Assembly (NCBI GenBank): GCA_964036045.1
Contig: OZ038378.1
Span: forward strand, 187,364,001-187,428,000
Length of the DNA stretch: 64,000 nt
Origin: Eutreptiella sp. 'Long Island Sound 2002'
Taxonomy: Eukaryota; Protista; Euglenida
Direction: 5' to 3'
The notes under the pieces were generated by a model. It made no database searches. It saw only the letters and a program-made list of their open reading frames with translations, and had not been told where the DNA came from. Shown piece after piece: positions 47,646 through 60,014 of this stretch; positions within the stretch are counted from its first letter, which is position 1, and every line of letters begins with the position of its first letter. The position numbers and the translations under genes are program-made.

Positions 47646-49998
47646 GGGAAATGTGACCTGAGCTGCCAGTTCACAATATCATTTGATCCCAGGTTTCGCA
47701 GAAACCACAGTTTGGCCCCAGCGTCCCCCTACTTCTGCATACAGCCAGGTTAGGGACCTCGTTATTGTCCATCTCGACCCCACCTAAATCCTGGGATGCT
47801 CAGGTGACGGGGGGTGCGGAGGCGCAGGCCACAGCCCAGGCTATGGCTCAGCAGGAACGCCGCTGAGTTTGTTACTCAGACCCCAGATCTTTGGCTGCAA
47901 CCGTCGTGAATGGGGCACACGGGAGTTCGATGGCTTTCCCGTGCCCAGTCCGTTTGTCGCGCTCCCGCTCTTGTCGACACCGCCGGGTCGCCCCTCCGCA
48001 GGTTTTGTTTTGTTGGCAGGTCGTCAAGCCCCCTCAAATCCCGTCGTATTCCAGGTTTCCACGGCCCAGCGCCGTGCTTGCCGACAGTAGCAGCAGCAGC
48101 ATGGGGGCAGTGGCGCAGGAGCAGGTACGCATTGGACCAAAAGTTTTCAGGAGCGCCACCCCCACCCTCTCCATCGGCCCCCCTGTGAGGTGTTGCTGAG
48201 CTGGGTGACGAGGTTGCAGAAGTTTGGCCGTGCAGTGTGCTTCATGCGGCGCTGTGCATGTGTTGAGTCCCACTGCTGCCGCGCACCGCAACAGCCGTTG
48301 ACAGGACGGAACCCGCACCCTCCCCCCCAGGCCTCCACCAACCAGCAGGTCGCGCAAAACGTATGGCGCTGGACACCGGTTGTGGCCCCGCCAGCTTTTA
48401 TGGAGCGTCCCCCAGCAGAGCCCCACCCCTGCGTCCAAGCCTCTCTCGCCCCCCGCCGTGCTGTTGTTCCGCTGCGTCCCTGATCAGCAGCACCGCTCCT
48501 GACTCCCGACCCCTCCATGTGAGCGTTGTGTGATTTCACTGTGTGACCTCATGCCCCCCCCAGGGACGCCATGTCTGAGCATGCCTGTGCATCTCTATGT
48601 CGGTTCGCACCCGTTTGCTGGCATGGCTACTGGGGTGGGTGGGTGCCCGCCTGCGTACGGGCGTGCGTTCGTGCGTGCCTGGGTGTGTTTCCGTACCTAT
48701 ATAAATACCATCCATTCCTGTGCATCCAAGCCTCCGCCTAGCGCAGAGACTGATCCCTTCAGGTGTAGTACCCACGGAGAGCCTTCATATAATCGTTGCC
48801 CCTCGATGCAGCAGTAAACTCTTTTCTGAGTGGACGTAATCTCCTCTCTGTCTCTCTCTTCCTGCTGACCATTGCAGGAGCGCTTGGCCCCCCCTTCTCC
48901 ATCCTCGACTTGCGCCAACTGCTGGCGGAACGCTGCAGGGCTGTCTCCTCCCATCCTCCGGCTCTGTCTTCGGGAGACCAATGCCGCCAGACCACCTCTG
49001 CCGGTGCGAGCCTCTGTTGGACAAACACATGGGGGCATTGCCTCACTTCCGTCCGCTACTGCGCCACCTCGCAACATTGACCCGTCTGCCAAACGCTTTG
49101 CGTTTCCCCAATGTTCCAAGTGGGGCCCGCGGACACAGCACAGGTCTCGGGGGTTCTGGAGCAGAACAAGAGCTTCTGCGCCCGCTGTCCTTGTGCTTTG
49201 TGCCCCCCCCCAAAACTTGCGCTATACTGCCCCAATGCCCTTTGCCAGCGGTCAAAGCAAGCTCATTCCCACTGTGGGCCACAGCAAAGGGCATGGGCCC
49301 AACTGTGGCCTGCCTTGCCTGACGCGTGGCCTGTGCGGCGAGAAGCCCTGAAATTGCCAGGATCCGTCCGTTGCTGACCTTTATCCCCGCTACTTGCTGA
49401 TCCCTGACTCATTATGCCTTGCCCCTGATACAGCACTTTAAGGGACCTTTGAGAACGAATCTTCACATCTGCACCACCGCCTGTTCGGGACCGAAAGCGG
49501 GGCGTGTGTCGGGGGGTGTTACACTTCTTCCGGCTGCATGGAAAGACACGAGGAATTGCTGTTCAATGCCCGTTGCATGGCTGCCGCCGCCTGCTTGAAA
49601 ACTGGGCAACACCGATTGCAAAACGCCTGGAAATGCCGCGCACACCGCCGATCGGTAACACTCGGTGATTGGGACGCCCAGGCCCAGGTCTTTCCATGGG
49701 AATAGCTGCACGTTAAGCCTGCCGGCACGGGCAGGTGCAGCGGACGCCACAGGGACAGTATGCCGCAGTGGCGAGCGTTGGGACCAGCATTCTACCAGCA
49801 GGTCACACCAAAAATATGGTACGGGACAGCAGTTGTGTTGCACAGTAACTGAGCAGCCTTGGTGGAACAGCCCCCACAGAACCCAAAATATTTCGCCAAA
49901 GCAGAAGGTTTCCGTTGCATAGCACTGCAAATGGGTGATGTTGCAGGTCTCGTTGCTGGGCAGGTCCACGGTGCATCACCACACACCTATGAGCATTG

Positions 49999-50250
49999 GC
50001 AGAAGAGCAATTACTTACTCCCAAAAGACTGTGTTGCACACGGTAACAGCAGAAGCAAGGGGCAGAAGAGCAATTACTTGCTCCCAAAAGACTGTGTTGC
50101 ACACGGTAACAGCAGAAGCAAGGGGCAGAAGAGCAATTACTTGCTCCCAAAAGACTGTGTTGCACACGGTAACAGCAGAAGCAAGGGGCAGAAGAGCAAT
50201 TACTTGCTCCCAAAAGACTGTGTTGCACACGGTAACAGCAGAAGCAAGGG
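49999..50250. repeat. Minisatellite: 4 tandem copies of a 63-bp unit
   Basis: Unit GCAGAAGAGCAATTACTT(A/G)CTCCCAAAAGACTGTGTTGCACACGGTAACAGCAGAAGCAAGGG starts at 49999, 50062, 50125 and 50188, with no spacers. Confidence 0.97.
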
Positions 50251-50810
50251 AATGGCTGAGATCATTCGGGTGGATTTTGGTCGCCTCTGGGCTATGTGTG
50301 TGTGACCAAGCGAAGACACCTGTAGCACCACCCATCACCCCCAAAATGAATGTTGTTGATGTTTGCAAATTTGAAGGACTTAATTGTTCACATGAGGAAT
50401 GGAAAGCAAAATTTCACTTCACGTGGAGGTGGGCAACAGAGGGTCTGGCGATGAGAAATTACTTCAACGTCAAGTGTGATCTTGCAGTACTGTCAATTGC
50501 TGCAGTGCGACATAGGCTGGGGTGGCCTCCGGACTCGAAGGAAGGTGACAAGGTGTTCTTCTTGGCCCCAGGGTTGCAACCCCTGTTGGCGTAGTCGGGG
50601 ATGGTGGATCTGAATCACTATGGGCAACCATGCGAATGCTCCATCTGGCCGAGCGTGGAAACACATGGAGTGGAGCATTGGTACGTTTCTGCAATCTGGA
50701 GCTCAAGCAAAGTAGGCAACTGCTGGCAACGGAAGAAAAGGCAAACATGGCGCCAAAGCAGGCAAGTGGATGGTCAACAGAGCGAGGTTTGTGAGGTGTC
50801 CACAGATCTA

Positions 50811-51094
50811 CCTTCCCCCCCCCCCCGTGTCCATACCCCCCCCCGTGTCCATCCCCCCCCCCCCAGGGGGGGAACCGTCACTTGGCCCATGAACAATAAG
50901 AAATCAATAGGAAATCACAGGCGCCGAAGGCGCCGAAGAAAATTTTTAGTTGGGTTGTACTAGAATTCGCTGGTCGGGAGTGGTGTACGCCCCCCCCCCC
51001 CCCGGGGGGGAACCGTCACTTGGTGACGATTCCCTCCGGGGTGGGGGGGAACCGTCGTCCCTCGGGGGGGGGATGGACATGGGGGGGGGGAAGG
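50811..51094. mobile_element. 284-bp MITE with C-tract TIRs and TA target duplication (Tc1/mariner-like)
   Basis: TA|CCTT-C12-GTGTCCAT ... ATGGACAT-G10-AAGG|TA. Internal repeats of GGGGGGAACCGTC. Confidence 0.7.
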
Positions 51095-51704
51095 TACTGA
51101 TCTGCTCAACGTGAGGTGCCACAAGCTAGCTTAAGGGGTGAAGTTAGGATTTCGCGGGAGTTAATTGTCCCCAAGTGAGGACCACAAGAATATGACTGGG
51201 CGCTATAATGGAGGAGAGGATGAGCATGGGCGGATGACCACCCAGCATTGAACACCAGCCAGAACAATAATGCTTGCTGGTCCAAGGCCAAGGTTTGATG
51301 CATGTGCTACGGGTGTGTGGGCAAAAGAGCAAAGATCCCCCTGGATGGCAATGTAGATGGGTCTAGTGCTCTACAACCTCCGCACAAGGTGGATGATAAG
51401 GTTGTAGAGGGAACATTAGCGTGCCGGGCATGCCGGGCAAAGTTTCAACGGTCACCATCCCACCTCCAACCATTTGGGGGCATGTGTCTGTATGGGATTT
51501 TCTGACCTAGCCTAGCACAAAGGGGTCTGGGCACTATTTTAGTGCCCAAGAGAGCAAGCAAACGATTCCAAGAGAGGGAAATATTGTCATTTTACTCCCT
51601 CGCCACCACTTCTTCCAATCATGCATGAATGACTTGTGCTTTTGCAATTGTGAAAAGGGCACCCCAAGCTTGGTATGACGGGGGTAAAGCATTGGGATGG
51701 CTGC

Positions 51705-52068
51705 AGGGCGGTCCTTAAGGGACCAGATTTTTTTTTTGTTAAGGACCGCCCTTAAGGACCCCCCCAAGGGACCACCAACTGCTAACCGCCAACTGCCACC
51801 AACCGCCAACTCCCACCAACCGCCAACCGCCAACCGCGACCAACCGCCAACCGCCAACTGCTGCCAACCACCACCAACCACCCATCACCAACTGCCAACC
51901 GCCGCCAACCGCCGCCAACCACCAACCGCCAACCGCCAACCGGCAATCTCCACCAGCTGCCAACCGTCAATCGCCACCAACCATGGTTGAACATATGAGC
52001 TACACGCGGTCGTTTTTGAAAAAACCATGTTCTAGAACAGTTTTTTTTTCCCCTTAAGGACCGCCCTA
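51705..52068. mobile_element. 364-bp hAT-type MITE with 18-bp TIRs and a perfect 8-bp TSD
   Basis: TSD GATGGCTG at 51697-51704 and 52069-52076. TIRs CAGGGCGGTCCTTAAGGG / CCCTTAAGGACCGCCCTA. The body is a degenerate (CAACCGC)n array. Confidence 0.9.
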
Positions 52069-54460
52069 GATGGCTGGCCGGAACATTAATTTGGATGGCT
52101 TGGCGCACCCAAGCGAACGTTCCCTCATAGTATGGGGTGCAAGCTCCTGTTTGCATGCGGTGGGTGTGAAGCCGAGAACACTGGGAAGCGAGCGGAAGTA
52201 GGGAGAAAGAGCCATCCGGCCAGGGGGATCCAAGTGTTCGGGGCGTTGACGACCTGGACAGGACAGCCTAAGCCCCGAGTCACAGCTGCCCAAAGCAAGG
52301 CCAAGTTCAAAGGCCCATGACGGTTGGCAAAACGATTTTGCATGCGAGTGGAAGGAGAGGTAGATGGGGGGGGGGGGTTGGGGGAGAGAGAGCCAATTTC
52401 CTCTCCATCTTGCATGCATACTTTGGACTTATTCCAGGAAATCCTTCATCCACCCCCCCCAAAAAAGTTGCAGCTTTCATGGGATCCCATCATGCTGCAG
52501 ATGTTGGCACGTCCATGAATGCTTTTGGAGGTTGCTTGTGCTACTCCCTTTTATTGCTTGGCTTCCACCATTTTTGGCCTGTTGTGCACCTTTGGACCCA
52601 TTTCCCTAGGGGAATGCCTTGCCCGCAGTGTGCCCGCAGTGTGCCCGTAGTGCAAAGTTTTGTATCCTAGTTTTGGCCCTTTTCCACAAGTGTGTTGTTC
52701 CATAACTGGGTTTTCAAAGCTTCTTGTGTATTTGCGATGTGTCATATTTTACTTTTCACGTATTTTCACCCATCTTCCGCCATTTTGAGCCCCTTGAGTT
52801 AGGGATATGGACTCTCAACCCACGCTCTGTTGTGTGGCCCCTTGAGTGGTGGCCACCCCCGTGAATCCATATGCTTTGATTTCTCGCTGCACACGAGTGA
52901 AACTGATGGCATCCGATTGAGGAGATTATGGCCCACCGACACTGAGCTGACATAGTTTACAACGGTTAGACTATGATGGTATCTAATCATCTTCACTCCC
53001 CAAACTCTCTTTCTTGATCGCCGAACATGCTCCAGTGGATGTTGAGGAAAATGATGACGGTGTTTGTTGTCAACTGTGCTCACCATCATGAAGCTATATC
53101 AGAGTGTGGCGCATGTCATTTGAACATGTGCCCCTCTTGTATGCCTTTGCATAGTTGCAATTTGGATTTGTAATTGTAAAAACAAGGGATTTCACACATC
53201 AGATTGTTCCGCCGTGTTATTGCATCTGCATGTGTTGCTTGATGTTTCCTCCCTCCTTCTACTCTGGGTGGTCGTTGATACATGTGCCCACAGTGCGCCC
53301 GCAGTGCACCCGCAGTGCGCCCGCAGTGCACCCACAGTGCAAAGTTTGTCCCTAGATTTGTTCATGCTGGACCTCCCTGGGGGAGCATTTGGTGCCGCAC
53401 GCAGATGGTGCAACCATTAGGGCAACGGGGGGTAGGAGTAGCAGGAGCGGAGTGGACAATGGAAAATGGTGGAAACCAATTGTGGGAAATAATCCAGCTG
53501 TTTCCTCGACAACCACATCCAAAGGTGCACATGGGGTGCCCCTTGCCCCAAACCAGGGCAGTTTACCAAGATGCAAAAACTGCCGAAAGCAGGCCCATTC
53601 ACTGCGTCCCAACACTAGCTGTGGTGTCGCTGGTGCCCCAAACGATCGCAGGCAGGTCGCCCGAGGGTATGGCTGCAAGTAGAAATATGACAGTACGGCA
53701 TTGATTTCGCAGCACAGGGCACACGATACGTGCTGACCTGGACATGCACTGTGTTTGTTTTGTTTTTGGTATACGGAAGTTGCCTGGTTCGCAGTTTGTT
53801 TAGTTTGCATGAACTGCCGGTGTCTTCATGGCATTCGAACACTGTCTGGGCAGCGCCGGTACTGCGGGGCATGGGGAAGGATTCAATGGACGAACGGGAT
53901 TGCAATGTAATCCTGTTCTTGGTCTCCCTGTGATGTGTAACGCACTGTGAAGCAACGCCCTGGAGAGGCCCACTGAGGCATTGGGGTCTCCCAGGCTGCA
54001 GTAGGTACCACCCACCGCCATTCTCTCTCAAGCGTGTGTTACGTCGGTTTGTCCATTCCGTTCCTGTTGTTCTTGGCTTGTTTGCTACTTCGAGTCTTTT
54101 CCGCCAGTGGCGCCCTGCAGGTCTGGCAGACCTCGGTGGGAACCATCCCGCTCCTTAAAATGAATTCCTTCGGTGGAAACCATCCCGTTGTCCTGCTTGC
54201 GCTCTTGTGTGCCATCCGACGACATGCATCAAAAGGATTGCGGAGTAAGCGGAATGTGCACTTCCATGACAATCGGTTGTGTTAAACGGATGGTGGTAAT
54301 GCTCATAACTGGAGAAGGGCTGGGTTGGGGCTGGGCGGAGTATTGGGCTGTGTCATGCCAGGGGCTGGGCGGGGTATTGGGGTGTGTCAGTATTGAGTTA
54401 TGTCAGTCCAATCACACCCTCTGTTTGTGCTCAGGACCTACAGGTTTTGCCCTCAGCCCC

Positions 54461-56614
54461 ATGGATCTTGAATCGAGCAACTCTGAGGGTCCAAGGCGCA
54501 GGAAGTCGACGGTCGTCACCCCTCCTGCCACCGGTTCCTTCTGTGACCTTGAGTCCTCCTGCTCTCCGCCCGCCGCCGCCACAGGGAGCAACACCGGCCC
54601 GGCAGACGGCGAGCGCCAACGGGGTTGCTGCCGCGTCCACAGCCATGACAAAGAAACACTCAACCAACGGCTCTTGTTGTGCCTGATGTCGGGGCTGGGC
54701 TGCACAGTGGCAATGCTGTTGTCACTGCTGTTTTTCTTGCTTGGTCTCAAGTGGTCGGTGCTCAGCACGTGTCTGCAGTTCGTTGCCTTCCTGGCCGTCG
54801 CCGTCGTGGGTCTCTGGACCCAGCAGTACGCCCTCGCCCTCGGCGTCGGCGTGTGCGCCGGCACCGTCTGCGCGTTCCTGACGCACCTCTCCTTCGGGGG
54901 GGGCGCAGGCAGTGCGGCGATCGCCAACACGGTCTACTGCGGGCCGCTGGTGTTTCTGCTAATGGGCTGGTACCGGAGCGCCTCCGTGCTCCTGGTGCTT
55001 GACATTCTGATCATGTGGACGATGTGCATCTTGGCGCACGTTGTGGGGCCAGAGCACATGACCCCGCAGACGCATGCACTGCCCCAAACGTGGTACGCGG
55101 TGCTGCTGGTGTGCAACCAGAGCGTCCCGGGGGTCCTGCAGTTCCTGATGGCCGCCGCCGTGGTCGTGCAGCTGCGACGGAGCAAGCTGACGCTGTCGCG
55201 GAGCAAGCGGAGGCTGGAGGTGGAGCAGACGATGACCCACCGGCTGCTCTGCAACGTCTTCCCTGAGAGCGTGTGGAACGCCCTCAGCGACGTGCTCGAC
55301 ACGGTCTCCGCGTCGAAGGTGCGGTCGCCCACGACCGTGCGACCCGCGAAGCGGTTTTCCAGGGGTTTCACCGCGTCGCCGCGGCGCCCGACCCGGGCCA
55401 AGGAGCCCGCCCCCTCCGCAGAGCATCCCGACGACACCGGCCCACGTCGTTCCGCCCCGTTCGAGCCCTCCACCACCGGCCGGTGCAGCCACGGCACCGA
55501 CCCGGGCCTGACAGCCGCACTGGACCCTGCGGACGACGCGCGCCGAGGGCGGTGCAGCCCGAACCCCAGCTGCTCGTCCCCGTTCGTCGATCTCGGGCAC
55601 GAGCTGTGCACGGAGCCCCGCAGCAGCGCCGCCGGAGGCGCACCCAACGGCAGCACGCCGGTCATTCAGATCCAGGACACGTCGTCCGGGACCCCGCCCT
55701 CGCGGCTGCTGACCGCCTTTCCGATGAACCTGGACCCCCCCTCGTCCGAGAGCGAGGAGAAGGGCTCGTTGCCCGGGCTCATCGAGGACCGGCTGTCGAC
55801 CCAAGCCCTGCACCCCAACCCGCTGCACGACCCCGCCACCCCCGTGAGCCACCGGATCCACGCCCTGGTCTCGCAGCGGCTCGCGCCGAAGGAGCACCCG
55901 TTCGCCGTCATTCTGTTCGCGGACATCGTGGGCTTCACGGCCCTGGCCTCCACGTCGCACCCGACGACGCTGGTGCGGTTCCTGGACCAGTTCTTCGGCC
56001 GCATCGACGACGTCTGCAAGTCCCACGGGGTCGAGAAGATCAAGACCATCGGCGACTGCTACATGTGCGTCGGGTGGACGGACCGCGCCGCGGGGGGCGG
56101 GGCAGGGGGCCAGAGCAGCCCGGAGCATGAGGCGGTGCATGACGACGGCCAGGGCGCCCTCCGCATGGCCGCCAACGCACACCAGGTCCTGCTGGTCGCC
56201 AAGGCGATGCACGCCGTCATCCAGCAGACCCCCGTGAACGGCGCGCGGCTCTCCATCCGGGCCGGCATGCACATCGGGACGGTCATCAGCGGCATCATCG
56301 GCAAGAGCAAGTTCATCTTCGACATCTGGGGGGACGCGGTCAACGTGGCGTCGCGCATGGAGAGCACGGGGGTTGCGGGGGCGACCCAGATCAGCGCCGA
56401 CCTCCACGAGCTGCTGAAGGACAAGGAGGCGTTCCAGCGGCGCGGGCTGGTGCAGGTGAAGGGCAAGGGCGCCATGGAGACATACCTGCTGACGGCCCCG
56501 GCGCCCAAGGACGAAGACGCTGAGCCAGATATCAGCAGCCGCGCCCGTCTGACCCGCGCTTTCAATGCCGTCTACGTCCTTTCCAGTTTGATTGCAGAGG
56601 CACGGGCGAAATGA
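54461..56614 (+). CDS. Membrane-bound class III adenylate cyclase (about 6 TM segments, single catalytic domain), 717 aa, intronless
   Basis: FADIVGFT, KIKTIGDCYM, RAGMHIG, FDIWGDAVNVASRMES. The substrate-specifying Lys and Asp indicate ATP rather than GTP. Six hydrophobic segments lie N-terminal to LLCNVFP. Start placed at ATG 54461 after ccctcAG. Confidence 0.93.
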   Translation: MDLESSNSEGPRRRKSTVVTPPATGSFCDLESSCSPPAAATGSNTGPADGERQRGCCRVHSHDKETLNQRLLLCLMSGLGCTVAMLLSLLFFLLGLKWSVLSTCLQFVAFLAVAVVGLWTQQYALALGVGVCAGTVCAFLTHLSFGGGAGSAAIANTVYCGPLVFLLMGWYRSASVLLVLDILIMWTMCILAHVVGPEHMTPQTHALPQTWYAVLLVCNQSVPGVLQFLMAAAVVVQLRRSKLTLSRSKRRLEVEQTMTHRLLCNVFPESVWNALSDVLDTVSASKVRSPTTVRPAKRFSRGFTASPRRPTRAKEPAPSAEHPDDTGPRRSAPFEPSTTGRCSHGTDPGLTAALDPADDARRGRCSPNPSCSSPFVDLGHELCTEPRSSAAGGAPNGSTPVIQIQDTSSGTPPSRLLTAFPMNLDPPSSESEEKGSLPGLIEDRLSTQALHPNPLHDPATPVSHRIHALVSQRLAPKEHPFAVILFADIVGFTALASTSHPTTLVRFLDQFFGRIDDVCKSHGVEKIKTIGDCYMCVGWTDRAAGGGAGGQSSPEHEAVHDDGQGALRMAANAHQVLLVAKAMHAVIQQTPVNGARLSIRAGMHIGTVISGIIGKSKFIFDIWGDAVNVASRMESTGVAGATQISADLHELLKDKEAFQRRGLVQVKGKGAMETYLLTAPAPKDEDAEPDISSRARLTRAFNAVYVLSSLIAEARAK

Positions 56615-58621
56615 CCGTGGGGGATGGGTGGGCCTACCCAAGCCACAAGCACGCCCCACCCCAAGTCTCATAGAAGAAGCCACTTATAAAATCCACCCAA
56701 GCCCCAGCTGTAGTAGCTGTAGCCCCAAGATCAGCACCGTAGCAGCTGCAGCCCCCGGGTGTGGCAAGTGCAGCCGCCGAAGCACAGCTGTACGAGCAGT
56801 TTTACATAACATCTCTGTGAAGATTTCGCGTCTCGTCTTTCGCATCACTGCCCAGTACAGGTCGGCGCAGCACGCCTTAGCTTCATTCACACACGTCAGC
56901 GCACTTGCTTTACGCACCCTTCCGGGGTCCCTCCCATGCGCCGCTAAAGCAGCTGAAAGTTGCCACTGTAGGGGCACTTTCACATCTTCACGAAGTAGAG
57001 CAAAACAATCGTCCAAGTGGTTCGCAACTTGTGAGCCGCAGTGCCCAAGGGCAAATCCCTGGGGAAAGGGAATCGGTGAAGTACATGCTATGCTGGCCAT
57101 CATGCTGGCAACAGGGATGTGTGGTCTCTGAATGCCATCAAAGGATCTGATCTCTGTTCCATGTATCTTTCGTTGCCGCCGTGCCTTGCAGTGCCAGTGT
57201 CGTTTCCGAGGAAGGGGGTCAACCCCCCCCCCCCGCGATTCGAAAATGCTGCACAAAGGTCCTCACCTCACCTCACAATAGAGTAAGGTGCAGTAGTGGC
57301 GGAGTAGAAGTTGGCTCGTTGGAGGTGGCGGGCATGTACCCATGCATGACCGCTGCAGGCAGTACTGTCAATCTCCACCGTGTTGAGGAAGCCTTTTTTT
57401 TTGGTGGGCCGGGAAAGGGGGGGTGCCTGCTCGCCCTTTTTGGAATTGTGCGTGCCTCCGCTGGAACCACTCTTGCTGAAACTGTGCTAGCACTGTGTAA
57501 TCGCTGGGGCTGGTGTGTGCTGCCCGCCATAAACTTCACGGAAATGGCATTGCAGCACCACTGACCACACAGAATTCATACAGGGGGATTGGGGAGGGGA
57601 TGCCAATACACACGCGCACGCAGGCATGCACGCAACACACACAATAGAACCAACAACCAAAACAACATCGACAACAACAGCAGCAGCAGCCAGACAAACA
57701 ACACCAACAAATGGGACACACGGAGGACAACAGCGACTTCAGCCCCGACAATCGAGTAGTTTTAGATCTGCGGTTTGGCTGGAAGGACAGACACATTTCC
57801 CCTTCATGCCCACCGTAGAAATGACGTGCCATTTAACGCCTGAAATCAAACGAGTGCCAGGCTATACAGACACATGTGATTTTGTTTTCCAGCCTGTGAT
57901 GCTGAGTGGCCATTCTCATGAAGTCCATGGCAGGCAGCACACAAGCACAAGCCCATCGTGGTGCCATGTATTAAAAAAAAAAACATATGTATATATGTCC
58001 GCCAAATGTCTCCAATGGAAAACTCTTCCAGTGCTGGTGGCGGGCTCTGTTCAACAGGGTCAGCCTGCCGAAGGCTCCATCCACGCTATTCTGTTTCTGC
58101 CCCTGATTCCTGTCTTTTGCGGAAGGGTCTGCACATCTGGTCTGTCCCCAGGAATTCAATGAGTACGCCCATTGATTGTGTGTGTGTGTATGTGTGTCAG
58201 TCCCCACTCAGCGTGCCATAATTACCTTGGTAGCATCTTTGTGGGCGTCCTGAAGAATGGGTTGCTGTTGACCACCACCTGGAGCTGCGTGGTGGATTGG
58301 CTCCAGGTGGCGGTGCTGTCGGGTACGGACGGGTGCAGGCGATGAGAGGTATGCACAAGGCAGTGTACAGGGCATATGCAATGTCGCCACACGACGTGCA
58401 AGCCACACTGGAAGCTGTGCGCTCATTTTCGTACTGCCTCCAGGCGGATCCCCGGATGGTGGTGGGCAAACTGGCTGCTTGGTTGCAAACATGTGCACTG
58501 GGATGGCCCAGCGTACAGCAGCTAGTGTCTGCCCGCAGATATTGCAGTGTAGGGCCTGACTAGCATCTGCGACACGGATTTTGACTGCCTAGTTGTGCTG
58601 GCCTAGGACCAGCAATGGCGT

Positions 58622-58643
58622 TGTGTGTGTGTGTGTGTGTGTG

Positions 58644-58690
<47 letters not shown>

Positions 58691-58815
58691 AGGAGTTTTC
58701 TTTCAACCGCTTTTCTTGCTTCGTTCTTGTCTCGCGGTTCCCAACGTGTGTGTGTGTGCGTGTGTGCGCGTGCGCGTGCGCGTGCGCGTGCGCGCGCGCG
58801 TGTGTGCGCGTGCGT
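58622..58815. repeat. Compound (GT)n / (GCGT/GC)n simple repeat
   Basis: Two tracts (~58622-58688 and ~58746-58815) separated by unique sequence. Confidence 0.9.
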
Positions 58816-59983
58816 CAACCCAGCAACGGGTTGATCATGCATTGCACGTTTCGTTTCGTTTCCGCATCACATCCAACTGACATTGATGGTTGGCTGGCTG
58901 CAAGAGCACAAACACCGAGCAACGCAAAAACGCGCTTACTCTTGGGCGCCGCCAAAACCAAAATGAGTGCGGGCACGAGGCCACGATGTAACACGCTAAG
59001 CACCGCTAAACGCCGTCCCCGTGGCATATGTTCTCTTGCATACCATGTAGTGCCTTGCTTACACCAAGGAGCACGGAACCACGAGAGACATGGCGAGGGG
59101 GTTAGCTGGACATGCTGTGTGCCCCCGCGGGCAGGCTAATCCTGGCATGAGGCAGACAGTTCTCCCCTGGATTCGTGCCCAGTTCATCAAGTTGTCGGGT
59201 TCTTTTCAGCGAGGTTGTGGGGTGCAGGGAAGAATCCCCACCCAAGTCGTCGCTCAGCGTCGATTTTACTCTGATTGTGCTCATCAGGCGCTGCGCTGAG
59301 GGACTGACCCCCGACTGCACGCTGGGGCTGCTGAACATCCCACACTGTCCGAAGTACAGAAAGGTGCCTCATGCGTGTCGTGAACTGCTCTTTAGCTTGT
59401 TCTTTCTGACACGTGCCTGACGAGACCGTGTACACTTGCGCTGCTTTGACACAGTGCCTGTTTGTCGCATTTTTCGTGTGTGGATGTGTGTGTGTGGGGG
59501 GGGGGGTGGATGTATGCAAGCACTCACCCCCCAAAGTGCCCTTCCGCTCATGGCTGCTCCAAGTGGCTGCTCTGCTCTCCCCGGCTTGCAAGGGCCAGGG
59601 TACGGAAAAGATGGGTAGCCCCCATGCCACACAGAAACCCAAGCACATGCTTGTACATGCATGAGAGGACCAGCCTTCGGCGGGGGGGCATCCGGACCCA
59701 CTCTTCGTGGTTCTGGTTTGGTGGTTGTGTCTCCGCCGGCAGATGGAGCGGGTTGGGGGGTTGTGGGGCATTCAGCAGAGTGTACCAGCAAAGCTGTCCA
59801 CCTTGACCCAAGCATGACTCATGTGCCGACTCCCAAGCAAATGGGTCGTTACGGCATTCGTGAAGCATGCGGCTTGAACCCCGAACTCGGACCCAAAAGG
59901 CGCCTCAAGTCACATCGAAGCAGCATGACGAGTAGCAGAAACAGGTGTCCGGGGGCCTTGTTGTTTAGGACCCGGAAACTGAA

Positions 59984-60014
59984 CTGCACTGCACTGCACT
60001 GCACTGCACTGCAC
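59984..60014. repeat. (CTGCA)n microsatellite, ~6 units
   Basis: Seen directly. Confidence 0.9.

Noticed and set aside
48822-48835. TTTCTGAGTG resembling part of the Euglena spliced-leader exon
   Set aside because: Only ~10 nt match, with no downstream T-rich exon part, GT donor or Sm site.
49999-50250. CRISPR array
   Set aside because: Head-to-tail 63-bp units with no spacers and no cas genes.
54173-54460. N-terminal extension of the cyclase ORF
   Set aside because: Non-ATG start, lower GC and no coding signature; several acceptor-like AGs precede ATG 54461.
54959-56683. 574-aa minus-strand ORF
   Set aside because: Antisense shadow of the cyclase.
58261-58563. Tyrosine-recombinase-like AVYRAY motif
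   Set aside because: The R-H-R-Y catalytic pattern cannot be assembled in any frame.
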